A stretch of DNA of 63,004 bases, the filler included, from Octopus bimaculoides (taxonomy: Eukaryota): assembly GCF_001194135.2 (NCBI RefSeq). It is 8 parts of 8 records of this genome, joined end to end, with 100 filler letters (N's around TTAATTAATTAA, not from the genome) between each part and the next. Parts side by side here need not be neighbours in the genome. Positions count along the whole stretch, not along the records: positions 18,884 to 30,469 come from NC_068988.1; positions 30,570 to 35,919 come from NC_068993.1; positions 36,020 to 41,422 come from NC_068985.1; 5 more parts are not named here. The stretch is one strand, 5' to 3'. How positions within the stretch are numbered: position 1 is the first letter of the stretch; every line of letters starts with the position of its first letter. Positions 26,862 to 39,199 of the stretch are shown here, piece after piece. The position numbers and the translations under genes were made by a program. Under the pieces are notes generated by a model. The model was not told the origin of the DNA. It saw only the letters and a list, made by a program, of their open reading frames with translations, and made no database searches.

Positions 26862-26885
26862 ATAATAATAATAATAATAATAATA
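26276..26885 (+). mobile_element. Non-coding retroposon fragment X (probable LINE 3' UTR) with (TAC)n(AAT)n tail
   Basis: About 540 nt with no ORF, starting right after the AAT relic of C and ending ctctctcactc followed by (TAC)n at 26815-26860 and (AAT)n at 26861-26885. The LINE-UTR origin is an inference. Confidence 0.5.
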
Positions 26886-29800
26886 CGTAGAATGTGTGCG
26901 ATGCCTAGTAGTACTATTTTCTGCATGTTAAATATACTTGTTAGTCCAGGTGTTTGTGTTATGTATTTGTCTGAGTATTTTTATCATACCTCATGCGCCT
27001 ACTATGGGTAGGAATTGTTTCCACATTCGAGTTACCTCTATTTCCAGGTCTTTGTATTTTGAAAGTTTCTCCATTTCTTTTAGGGAAACGTTGTCATCTG
27101 TTGGTATTGATACATCGATTGGGAAACATTTTTTTCTTGGTGATCTCTGACAACAATATCCAGCATATTGGCCTTAATTTCTCTATCTGTGTTTATTCGC
27201 ATATCCCATAGTATGGTTGTTTTCTCATTTTCTGTGACCTTTTCTAGTATGTGCCTATACCATCTTTTTCTGTTGTTATTCGATAGTGTTGGAATAGCTT
27301 CCAATGTATATAGATCCCAACTCTGTCTGTAAATATATTCTGAGCCAGGACTGGGCAGCCAGAGATAATATGATTTATTGTTTCTTGTCCATCTCCACAT
27401 ATTCTGCAGTTACTTGTTATGTTTCTTTTCATTACATGCTTTGGTAATTTCTGGTGGGGCGGCTTTGGTCTTGTGCAGCAATTAAAAATCCTTCAGTCTC
27501 TGCTTTGAGTCCTGAGCTTCTCAACCATTGTTGGAATTTTGCTTTGTCTATTTCTTTTCTGTTTAGTTTAACCCAGTATCTGCCATGAAGGGGCTTTTCT
27601 TGCCGTCGTTTTATCATGGTCCATTGCAGTTCCAGTTTTAGTTTGGATTTCAATTGTTTTACAGCATTTATTGTTTCTTTTTTTTCTTCAGTTGTTAGGT
27701 ACTATAACTTCTTTTTTGTATTTGTCACCTTCCTTAAAAACTGAAAGCAGTTTTTGTCTTGTTCGTGTTTTGTGGCTATTTGTATTAGTTTTCTTTGCTT
27801 CTGATGTAGGTATTTCTGTAGTCCTATGGTGGTTTTCTAGCTGTATAAGGCCTCAACCACCTTCGACCAATACGTTGTATATATAACCTTTCTATGTCTG
27901 ACTTTGGGTGGTGCATCCTGAATCCTATCATTATTTTTCTTGTTTTCTTGTCTACTTTGATTAATTCATTTAGAGTCCAGATAAGAATATTATAGCTGTA
28001 ACTTATAACTAGGACGGCTAGAGTGCTGATACCTTTCATTTGTGTATCGTATCTAGTTCATTGATTCCTAAGTATTTGTATACTAATTCTCATTTCATTT
28101 ACTTTATCTAGTGTGATTTTGCTACTCTTAACTAGTTTTCGTCTTTTCAAGGTTGCTTTGGCATATTTTCTAAGGCTAATTTCATGTTTATTTCTTTGGT
28201 AAATCCATGTACTTTCTGTAGTAATGTTTCCAGCTGTTTATCATTTGTAGCCTACTGTTTTAGACAATCCATATATAATTGTTTTTGCCGTAACAGTTGT
28301 ATCCACATCCAGTTCTGTTTAGCATGTCAGATAAAGGAGTGGATAGAGAATATTTTCCCTGGAATATTCTTCTTCTAATGGTGGTTGCTTTGGTTTTTAT
28401 GAGTCCCTCTTTTGTCTGGAGCTGTAGCACTGTCTGCCATTTATTCATGGAATGTTTTATATATTTTATGATTATTGGTGCTACCTTGTTCATGGCTAGT
28501 ATTTCTAGGATCTATGTATGGGGAATACCATCAAAAACCTTTCGGTAATCGAACCAGACCATACTTAGACCCTTCTTTCTGTGGCTGTCTTCAGTTACGG
28601 CTTTATTGATTAGTAGCTGATCTTTACAGCCGTATTCCTTTTGCTCTTGCAGTATCCCTTCCGGTCTTCTGGAAAAAGGTTGTTTTCTTCGAGATGCTTG
28701 CGGATTCTTTGTGCTTTGGCGAGGATATCATGCTTTAGCTGTTCTTTTACCTCAGGTATAATTTGTTCTGTAATTTTGTATTTATGTAGTAGTTTTTTCT
28801 CCTCTTGTTGTTTAGTAGTGTTGATTGTCTACTAGTTTCATTAAAGATTGACAGATCCTTTCTCTTATTTTCGATTTTTTTCTGGATATTATTTATTCAC
28901 AGGGTTTGTTTGTGTGGTGATACTCCTGTTTGGATGAGCTTGAGCGGGTATCCAGCTTCTTTGTGGCCACAGAGGCTGCTGCATATATTATATAATTTAG
29001 CCTGGTCATATTGACATTTGTTTCTGTAGCTATTAGTTCTGTAACGGCTAGGTTCATGCTATTTATTATTGATGTTGCTTATTTATCAATTTCAATTTTT
29101 GGGCGGTACAGTCGGTGGTCCATGCTGAGATCTGTGGCTTTCAATTCTTTGATTATGCTCATTTTTAGAGTATCATAATCATTAGGTTTCACAGTTTCCA
29201 GGTTTTCGATTTGTTTCGCCTTCCTTCTCATTCATATGTTTGTCTGTGGTGTTCTGGATTACTGCTTTTTGTACATTATTATACATCTCTACGGTCTGGG
29301 TTTGCTGTTTTTTGTTTACTTCGTTTGTGTTAGAAATGTTACGTTTGTCTTCGTGTTTTACTATCTCAGTGTTTATATTATCTGGCATTGTTGTGTGGCT
29401 ACTATCTACATTTTCAAGATGTATTTTTCGTTTTAAATGTTTTATTTCTATTTCTGATATTTTGTTTTTTGCTTTGAGAATATATCTTCGTATGTTAGCT
29501 AGTTTATTAGGGTTCATTGCTGTATCCAAGTCTTTATTTAGGTTATTTTTCTTCCATATTTTATATGTTATTGAGTTTTCGTTCTTTGGGTAGAGCGCTG
29601 CTGTAAAATAAACGTGTAGGATTGAAATATATTCCTCACGTGTCCATTCATGCCTTTTTGGTTTTATTTGCGGGACATGAGGAACAACGTCCTGCCCTTT
29701 ATTTTGACGGTGATCATTTTCGTAGGGTACCGATCCGTTCATTTCTGTTGTCAAATTGTTTTACACGTGTAGTTTTTCGTACTTTTTGTGTAAGAAGTTT

Positions 29801-30128
29801 AAAGTACGCACTTCTCGATTGTTATTCTTGGATTAAATAATACCGGTATTATTTAATTTATTTGTAATTTTTCTGTACATGGTGTTTGGGGCCGGAGTGG
29901 GTCTGGAATGTAATGAAGCGTGTTTACATGTGCTGTGCGAGCAGTGAAGATGATATCCAGTTAAAATACATCATTTCATTTGTAAAATAGAAATAAATTT
30001 CAATGAGTATTACTTACTCGGATATAGCCAGCTATTTTTGGCTCCATGCGATGTCTTTATTCCCAATGTTTTTGGATAAATTTCGTAGCAGTGTTTTATC
30101 GCTCTCATATGTTAAACGTCCCCGGTGT
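26886..30128 (-). mobile_element. R4/Dong-type LINE D (same family as A), 3' UTR missing
   Basis: Minus-strand ORFs: KRHEWTREEYISILHVYF (N-terminus), NKVAPIIIKYIKHSMNKWQTVLQLQTKEGL (nearly identical to A), CRICGDGQETINHIISGCPVLA knuckle, ILWDMRINTDREIKANMLDIVV endonuclease. Confidence 0.9.
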
Positions 30129-30129
30129 A

Positions 30130-30179
<50 letters not shown>

Positions 30180-30469
30180 TAGTTTTATTTTTATAACGTG
30201 CTTTCACTTTACTACCGAGCGCAGCTCTGTGCGCCTTGGGTATGTGCTGTGGTTTGCTGTGGTGCTCTTATGTTTACTGTATTGAAAGTGTTTTGCGTAG
30301 AATGTGTGCAGTACCCAGTAGTGCAATTTTCTGTATGTTATATATATTTGTAAGTCCTGGTGTTTTTGTTATGTATTTGTCTGAATATTTTTTTATTATA
30401 CCTAAGGCACCTACTATGATAGGAATTGTTTCTGTTTTTAGATTCCACATTCGAGTTATCTCTATTTCC
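30129..30469 (-). mobile_element. R4/Dong-type LINE E 3' end (family of A) with (ATT)n tail, cut by a gap
   Basis: Reverse complement of about 19010-19300 with roughly 16-17 differences in about 290 nt; tail at 30129-30176. Confidence 0.9.
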
Positions 30470-30579
30470 NNNNNNNNNNNNNNNNNNNNNNNNNNNNNNN
30501 NNNNNNNNNNNNNTTAATTAATTAANNNNNNNNNNNNNNNNNNNNNNNNNNNNNNNNNNNNNNNNNNNNTTATGATCAG

Positions 30580-30785
30580 CCATTATTATGATTGACCGTT
30601 GACTGAACACTATTCAATTTTTTTTCTCCGTGTTTTTCTCCTTGTCTCCGTATTCTTTCTGTTGAAGAGCGTAGCTCGAAACGTCAAAGACTTTCCGTAT
30701 TCCCGAGCGTCATACTAATACATCCTGTTGTTATTTACACCACCTGTCCTCGTCTGTTGTTGTTTTCTCGTACATTCTCCCATAT
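30580..30785 (+). mobile_element. PLE 3' repeat (pLTR-like) fragment with hammerhead-like motif at 30654-30690
   Basis: Homologous to 11960-12170; TCTTT-CTGTTGA-A-GAGC/gta/GCTC-GAAACGTC-AAAGA. Confidence 0.7.
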
Positions 30786-31202
30786 ATATATATATATATA
30801 TATATACATACACACACACACACACACATACCCGATGGACTCTGCCGCCGAAGACGTCGTATGAGCGTTCAGCTTTTGCCGAACGACCTTCACTGATGAT
30901 TTGTTTATTGTGATCAAATGTTCGTGCCGCACATTAGCTCACTCTCTCCATCAAATCGATGTTGTCTGAATGAACAGGTGCATGGTGTACCACGCGTCAG
31001 GTGCCGAAGTGATCGCAGAGCAACGTGAAATGGACTATTTTTCTCAAGCACACAATGCATCAACCGCGCAAACTACATACACACTTACGTACGTATGTGT
31101 GTATGTATGCCTGACTGAAAACCGCCTGACCTTCCTTAAGTGAAACTCACACCATGCCTGACAGCGAGCAATGAGCTAATTAGCTTATGACTTCTGCTAC
31201 CT

Positions 31203-31208
<6 letters not shown>

Positions 31209-31297
<89 letters not shown>

Positions 31298-31383
31298 CAG
31301 GGATAGAGAGAGAGAGAGAGAGAGAAAGAGAAAGAGTGAGAAAAGGAAAGAGAGAGCAAGATGAAAGGTGAAGAGAGAAAGAG
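31209..31383 (+). repeat. (GA)n microsatellite and purine-rich decay zone
   Basis: Directly visible. Confidence 0.95.
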
Positions 31384-31878
31384 AGGAATTTATACGTATT
31401 ATTCGTAATTAAACGTGAGAAGGTGAATGAAATCTGTTGATATATTCCTACTTGGAATCATTATCAAGGCAAAACGTTATTACCATTTCTACATAACCTA
31501 TTTCCCCTGATAATTACTCAAGAATCTATCAAATAACTAAACAAATAAGAGTAACATCACACGTAATTATAATAATATCTAAATGTGGAATCACCGGGGA
31601 ATATTGATTTGTTTTTGGAACCAATAGTAAAAGTGGTAACCATAAGGTTCTTCGCGTTCTAATTTGATATGGAATTCATTTAGGCACCTTTCTTCATTCT
31701 CTTTATCTCGTTCACCACGTCATAATTAATAATGTGATTAATGACCAGATCCAGCATTATTAGTCAGCTGTAATTGAAGTTATTCCACTACCGCCACCAC
31801 AACTGTTTTCTGTCATCAGCACACACACACACACACACATACACATGCGCGCACACACACACACACACATATGCACAA

Positions 31879-31922
<44 letters not shown>

Positions 31923-32193
31923 GTGGGTTTGTGGGTGTGGGTGTATACGTATATATATATATATATATATATGTGCATATATATATCTACACATATGTGT
32001 GTATGTATATGTAAATATATATATATATATTAGATATATATATAAGTACATATACTTGCATATATATGTAGAAATGTGTATACATGCGTATATGTGTATG
32101 TGTTTAATATATGTGTATATGTATATATAATATATGTATATATGTTTAGTATAAAAGTTGTGTAGATAGCATAGTACTGGCATAGTTAATATG

Positions 32194-32229
<36 letters not shown>

Positions 32230-32768
32230 TATTATTATTATTATTATTATTAGTAGTAGTAGTAGTAGATGCTGTAGTGTCTGAGAAGATAATATAGCAG
32301 TGGTGGAAGTAATTTTATTGCGGTATTTTTGCTCAAGATTCTTACTGACAAAACATCCAGTTGACAACGAGTGGATGTTAAGCATAGAAATAGAAAAACC
32401 TGTCATGCTGTAAACATTAAATCTATCCGTTTTAAAACAAGTCAACGGCAATAAACGACAGGGTTTATAGTGAGTGATTATATGACTACAATTTCAGAGT
32501 ACAACTTTGTCATGTGATTATATTATTTTAGTCAGTTCTATTTCAAGATTTCTTGCCAATACAGAGAGAACTGGTTCTTAATCTAGATCTGAGGCTCATT
32601 CATTGGAATTTCAACGGTTCAACAGGGCATTTATGTATGTATACGTGCAGATTCGTATGCTTTGTTTTATGTATGTCTTCTCATGCATATAGTTGCATAT
32701 CAAGACATCTTCATATATATTAAATGATAAACTTCTGGAAAGGTTTACAGATTTTTACAGTAAGTATG

Positions 32769-32854
<86 letters not shown>

Positions 32855-33195
32855 ATATATGCGTTTATATATGCATGTATAACTGTGTGCATATATACTA
32901 ACGTGTGTATATGTTCATACATATAGTTATATGTGCATGTGCATAAATAGCTAATTAACATGTATCAAAAGTGAAATGTTTTGAAAAGCAACATCAAGAA
33001 ACTCTAAAAGTCTGTAACGTAAAGAGTAAATAATTGTACCACGGAGTAAACAATTTTTGAAAAATGTATATGCCCCTCATGCATATAAACAACATAAGAA
33101 CAGATAACGAGAAGTGGTTGCTAATGCTGCAAATAAAATCATGCAGAATTAGGAATGAGGTAAATAATACAAAAGCTCTACCATAAAAGAAAAGA

Positions 33196-33805
33196 GGATC
33201 TTTTTTAAAACGGGGGCCACATTTTTCATTAACGAAACACTTTGAAATTTGGAACACTGGTAGAATGTGTCATATAAAACATCTTTTTCTCTTAGTCTTC
33301 TTAAAAAAAAAAAGAAATCCCTAAGTTATTCCATGTTAAAGTTGTCGTATTTCTGTAATTTCAACCAATCACTGACGTCCATTCAGCCGATATACATTAA
33401 GTGCCGACTACATAAACAAACGATTCTGAAACAATTCTATCGGTGATAGGGTTAGGGTTAGGGTTAGGGTTAGGGTAAAACAGCAAATTTAAAAAGAAAA
33501 AAGCAAATAAAACGAAGAAAAAAAAAGAAAATGAAAAAAGCAAATTTAAAATGAAAAAGCAAATAAAACGAAGCTATGGCTTAATCAGCCAAAGGAGTAA
33601 ATGTAAACAACTGAATACTTGTCAGTGATTGGTTGAAATTATCGAAATAAGACAATTTTTTACATGAAATAAATTCGAATACAAAAATATTTTTCTGTTC
33701 TATAACACAAAATAGATAAGTATACGAAGTTTGAAAGTCTTTCGGTACCAAAAACGCTACGTAAAACATTAATGAAAAATGTGGCCCCCGTTTTAAAAAA
33801 GATCC
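33196..33805. mobile_element. MITE with perfect 37-bp TIRs, 8-bp TSD and central (TTAGGG)n
   Basis: TIR GGATCTTTTTTAAAACGGGGGCCACATTTTTCATTAA at 33196-33232 with an exact reverse complement at 33769-33805; AGAAAAGA on both flanks (33188-33195 and 33806-33813); an inner inverted repeat at about 33345-33380 / 33622-33655. Confidence 0.9.
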
Positions 33806-33943
33806 AGAAAAGATAATAGGAGTGAAAAACAAACCCTCGCGAGACATAAGAAGTATTAATAAAAGATGTAATAATTACTCAACTGCAGTGTATTGACATA
33901 TATATGATTGACTGAAATTCAATATATTTTCGCAGTAGGAGAA

Positions 33944-34151
33944 TATTCTTTTCTACTCTAAGCACAAGGCACGAAATTTTGGGGGAGTGGACCAGTCGAT
34001 TAGATCAACCCCAGTGCGTAACTGGTACTTAATTTATCGACCTCGAAAGGCAAAGTCGACCTCGGCAGAATTTGAACTCAGAATGTAAAGGTAGACGAAA
34101 TACCGCTAAACATTTCGCCCGGCATGCTAACGTTTCTGCCTGCTCCCCACC
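33944..34151 (-). mobile_element. tRNA-derived SINE (head shared with the 14108 and 56703 copies, different tail)
   Basis: gaatttgaactcaga (reverse-complement B-box)..gacgaaataccgcta..catttcgcccggcatgctaacgtttctgcc. Confidence 0.85.
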
Positions 34152-34893
34152 TTACATTAGGAGAGTAATAAAACACATAAATACTAAACACCTTTAAAAA
34201 TGAATTTGTTTCATTGGTCCTTTCTATTAACGGTCCTAAGCATGCAATGGACAAAATAAATGAATTCAATATAAATACATCCTATTGTAAAATCGAAGAA
34301 ATCCTTAAATCGAAGAGTAGATTCAAAATACATAGAAATAATTCTATAATTATTATATACATATAAATAATTATATACGGAATATAAGTCAATTAATACA
34401 TTAAAATTAGAATTAAAGTTTTCACGCTGCATTACAAAAAATATTTTACAACAATATATACTAGACCATCTATAATATACATATATATATATCAAAATAC
34501 ACAGATGCATGCACATAGTTACAAACATATACATGCATATATATGGAAGACATAAATATACGCACAAATGCACATATATATATATATATGCACGCAATCA
34601 CGCACGCGCACAAACATCTCCTGGTGTATACATGTACAAGTCAGTTATAGCAGACAAGACAGATAGGAAGTATATCTTAAACGTAGGGAGGGGGAAGGAA
34701 AAAAATGGAAGAAGAACCCTAAACGTAACAGCTAGCGAAAGAAAGAGAGAAGGGGGAGGGAGAAGAGGAATGCATTTTTTAAGGACGCTATCAAAGTAAC
34801 GAATAGGGAGAGAAAGAATACTTTGCGTTAGGGACGAAAAAAGAAAGAGAGATAGGTGACGGGAATATGTATAACAAACGTACACAAAATAAA

Positions 34894-34977
<84 letters not shown>

Positions 34978-35599
34978 AGTATATATTAGCATATAAATAC
35001 GCATATAAGATTACATATATATGGAAATATGCACGCAAATACATATCCACACACATTTAAGTGCATACATGCGTACATATACATCCATGTACTATATCTA
35101 CAAGTATAAATATACACGCTTACTTACACATTTACACACACACAAATACATATACATGCCTAAAATTCAGGCATCCACATAAAAAACTTATCTAGGTCCT
35201 AACGTATATATACAAACAACTGTTTTTTTTAAAATTGCTGAGTGTATAATAATAAAAATCGGGTAAAAGACATACAAAATGGAACGCCATATATCGAATT
35301 ATCTGTAAATATAACAATTAAATGGGTTTGTAAAATACAATAAAATGAAATGAAAAATTAAATCTTAAACATGAAAATAATATATATATATATATATATA
35401 TAACACTCGAAGGTTTTCTTAAGAAATACATCGAAATATACACAATATCTTTGCGATGCGAAATAACCATGCATTGCAAAATACAAATTTTACAGTGGGA
35501 TTAAAAACTAGTTCAAAATTCAAAAAATACGTACTATCCATATGGTATTTTGTCAGGTGAAATTAAAAATTTTGTCGCGTGTCTGCAGGAATTCAAGAG

Positions 35600-35919
35600 T
35601 TCGCGTCTTTGATTCAAAGTGCTATTTGTCCTGGAATAAAATGTAGAATTTTTCTAAAAGACATAAATTACATTTGATAGGTCTTTTATGCGCACCGTGT
35701 CTGTAAGGTGATGCTTTATCTAAAATTGTCCATGTCACGTTGAAAGGTCGGCTTTCATTTTCTTCTAATTCCCAGACATATTTTGCCAGACTGGTCCTTG
35801 TCCTATTTTCGGGGTATCGGAAGGAATTTCTATGAGAATAAAATCGGGTCTTGAAAGAATTTTCAGAAGCCCCAGTATATGTTCTATATTCATGTGAGCC
35901 TTCTATTCGCACCTTGTAC
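35600..35919 (-). mobile_element. PLE GIY-YIG endonuclease C-terminus (Naiad-like), cut by a gap
   Basis: ORF YRTYTGASENSFKTRFYSHRNSFRYPENRTRTSLAKYVWELEE..VTWTILDKASPYRHG..KCNLCLLEKFYIL is uninterrupted over 96 aa. Confidence 0.85.
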
Positions 35920-36019
35920 NNNNNNNNNNNNNNNNNNNNNNNNNNNNNNNNNNNNNNNNNNNNTTAATTAATTAANNNNNNNNNNNNNNNNNNNNNNNNN
36001 NNNNNNNNNNNNNNNNNNN

Positions 36020-36270
36020 ACTGGCTCTTGTGCGGGTGGCACATAAAAGACACCATTTCGAGCGTGGCCGTTTTCGTGTGGGTGACACGTAAAAGCACCC
36101 ACTACACTCTCTGAGTGGTTGGCATTAGGAAGGGCATCCAGCTGTAGAAACTCTGCCAAATTAGATTGGAGCCTGGTGTTGCCATCCGGTTTCACCAGTC
36201 CTCAGTCAAATCGTCCAACCCATGCTAGCATGGAAAGCGGACGTTAAACGATGATGATGATGATGATGAT
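36020..36270 (+). mobile_element. RTE-clade LINE 3' end with (GAT)n tail
   Basis: About 5-6 differences over about 240 nt from the reverse complement of 54824-55073; shares 3' UTR motifs with the RTE at 61320-61460. Confidence 0.85.
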
Positions 36271-36356
36271 GGCAGTGAAACATGGGCTGTGACTGCTGAG
36301 GACATGCGTAAGCTCGCAAGAAATGAAGCCAGTATGCTCCGCTGGATGTGTAATGT
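36269..36356 (+). mobile_element. RTE ORF fragment directly after the (GAT)n tail
   Basis: ggcagtgaaacatgggctgtgactgct..gaagccagtatgctccgctggatgtgtaatgt matches about 60568-60655 (GSETWAVTA..NEASMLRWMCN). Confidence 0.85.
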
Positions 36357-37399
36357 ATATTCCATATAAAAAGAGATACTAGATAAAACATCAGATATTT
36401 ATTTTTTATACACACACATATGCTTACACTCACTATGGAATGTGCTACATAGAAAAATAATAGTCAAAAGGATTTGGTTTCCACAAAATTTAAAAAAATA
36501 TATTTTTTTAGAAATCAGCTATAAAAATATCTATAAAGGGTTTCAGCAATTAAATAGCTTAAGTGAAATCTATACATATTACTCTAAAATATTAAGATTA
36601 TGAAAGGGTCTCAGAAAATGACTATGAAATTGAAATTTAAGAGTAGTTATGCATAAAGTATGATACAAAAATGTGTCGTTAAATCAAGACAAAAAGTTTT
36701 TCAACTAAAAATAAATTGATAAAAATTAATGTCCCTTAACAGACAAATTAATCTATTTGATTGATTAGTGAATACATCCTGCCCTTCTGAGGTTTTTAAC
36801 TAAATCATTTGGAGAAGTTTCGTTTTAGGATCCAGAAAATGAAACTACACTAGTCCGTAGAGATTGGCATAATAAAATGAAAGTAAAATAATGTTTCTCG
36901 TACTCAGTTAAATTTGGCAATGAAATGAAAGTGGATGAATGCTTTTGTTTTGAAACTAAGAGCTCATTTTGAAAACATTTATGGCTGACCATATTACACA
37001 ACAAATACCTGTGAGAATTGTGGATGACACCATTAGCATTGCTAAGCCAATTGAAAGGAATTATGTTATTATGAGATATTTGTATTCATACAATAAACAT
37101 TGAAAGTAACTTTCTTTCATTGTTGAGATTAATTAGCAGCAAAAGGTTGTAAAGAATGTGTTTCGTGAATTGTTTTGTAGAGCTTATGTTTTGGAGGGCA
37201 GCCCTTAAACATTTTCACCAGCATTATCCTGTCTAATTTTTATGATTAAAAAGATCAAATAAAGTGAATTGAAAGCATTTGAAAAACAATTGGATTTTAC
37301 AATTACCATTTTGTTACATCAGGTTTGTATTACTTTCATTTGATTTCAAAGAAAATTCTTTCACTTTTGTTTCACTGTTGAGTTTCCAGCAAATAATGA

Positions 37400-38990
37400 T
37401 TGCTGCCAACTTCAGTTGTTTCACTTTCTGAATCATAAGACGAAACATTGCCAATCAGTTTGCTCAATACAATTTTTGAAAAGGGAAAATGGAAGCTGTG
37501 AAATTTAGTTGTTGATTACTAAGTTTAATAAGTCAGGTGGAAAAAGGCAAATATTTACAAGTATCAAGGCTAGTCTGGAGGATATGTAGTTAAAAACAAC
37601 CTCCAGTACATAGAAATGGTGATGCATTTATCAAAATGAATGTCAACTAGGTTATTAAATATTCTTCTTTGCAACAGGGTTAAATCTGAAATAATCCTAC
37701 ATCCTTTTCAGCGTTTCTAATGTCATAAATTTAATTAAATGGGAATAGATAGCCAATGTTCCTTAATCCAACAAAACACCTATCTCTGATCTCTGTTAAT
37801 TAGATGTCTTAAGTGGGAGAGAAGCCAAGTTTCAGTAGCATATTCAAGTTTTGGGAAAATTAATATTTTCAATATGTTAAACTCTAAAAATTATTGCTGG
37901 AAGCCATTTCTTTGCAACTTTAAGACAATATACTGACAGTTTAATTTATTTGAGAAATGTATTTTAAAAATTTCAGCAATTTTGCCTGACAAGTAGAATA
38001 TAAATAACATTTAAATAATATTTTGTAGAAAATATTTATCATGACCTACATACATTAAAGAAAATATTTTTCAATTGCTACAATGAGCTTCATCTGCCTG
38101 AATCATCCATAAACCAAATTTTAAAGCTAAATTTTTGACATTTTTCCCTTTGGAAAAAACAATTTAATATCATCAGCATATGACATTATTTTTGAATTTG
38201 AAATATATATAATCTGTAGGCTATTTCTATAAAGTAGGTCTGAGTAAACTACTTTGTGGCACTCTGCAAGTAATTTACACAAACAAATTGATGTCTATTA
38301 TTTTAATAAGTTTGCAACCAATTCAGTAATTTAGTTCCTCCACTTAAACTAATGTTTTTAATTAATTTTACATATTAAACACTATCAAAGGCTTTAGAAA
38401 GATCCAGGTAACTAATGTTAGTTTATTATATAACACTTTCATCCATTCATTTAAGCATTTTAATTGTTGACGAGCTGTTCATTTATTTAGAGAAGAATCT
38501 AAATAGTAAATAAGATATAAAATGTACCAACTCCTCTTCAGTTATTGATTCTACAACTTTACTAGCAAAACACACTAAATCTAATAAGATCATAATTTTC
38601 AATTTCTTTTAGAGATGCCTTTTTAGTGTAAAATACAGATTTTTAGATTTTCCACTGACTGGGAATTGTTGCTGGTTGAAGAAAATAGTTAAATATTTTA
38701 AGTTGTGTTTCTGAAATAATTTTACCAAATTTTTGTTTTCAACTCAGTGAGATACAATCTGGAGCAGACATTATTTGATTCAATTTTAAAAAACATTGTT
38801 GCTGGTTTAAAAACTTGTTTTTCCTGCAGTGTCCTAAATTCATTAATGGATGTCTCCCTTAAATCTTTAGTCAGCCATTTTGTACAAAAATCTAATGTTA
38901 CGTATTGCTTTTTCCCTGAGACAAAAGTATTTACACATTTAGTAACTAACCTTTTGTATTCTCACCAATTTTTTTTGTAAGACTGTTTTC
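37400..38990 (-). mobile_element. Decayed CR1/L2-group LINE reverse transcriptase
   Basis: The minus strand gives YLDLSKAFDSV (about 38379-38410), SYADDIKLF (YADD at 38169-38180), and upstream SAPDCIS..IPSQWK..NYDLI in the expected order. Confidence 0.75.
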
Positions 38991-39199
38991 ACACAGCCTA
39001 GACATAACAACATAGATATATGGTAGTTTGTATATAAAACATATGGTTTAGTGTGTGCGTATTTTATTCACCAATGTGGTGTTAATCACTCATTCTCATC
39101 GTTTGCAATTTATATATCAGTGCTTCAACATCCCCAAACACTGGTTTAAAGCAGACAAAACAAAAAAAATATTTATGAAGTAAACAATCACACACATGA

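Noticed and set aside
31760-32961. Numerous YI-, CV- and HT-repeat ORFs (also at 5.1, 10, 42.8, 44.8, 46.3, 50.6 and 52.6-53.6 kb)
   Set aside because: Translations of (TA)n, (CA)n and (TG)n microsatellites and gaps.
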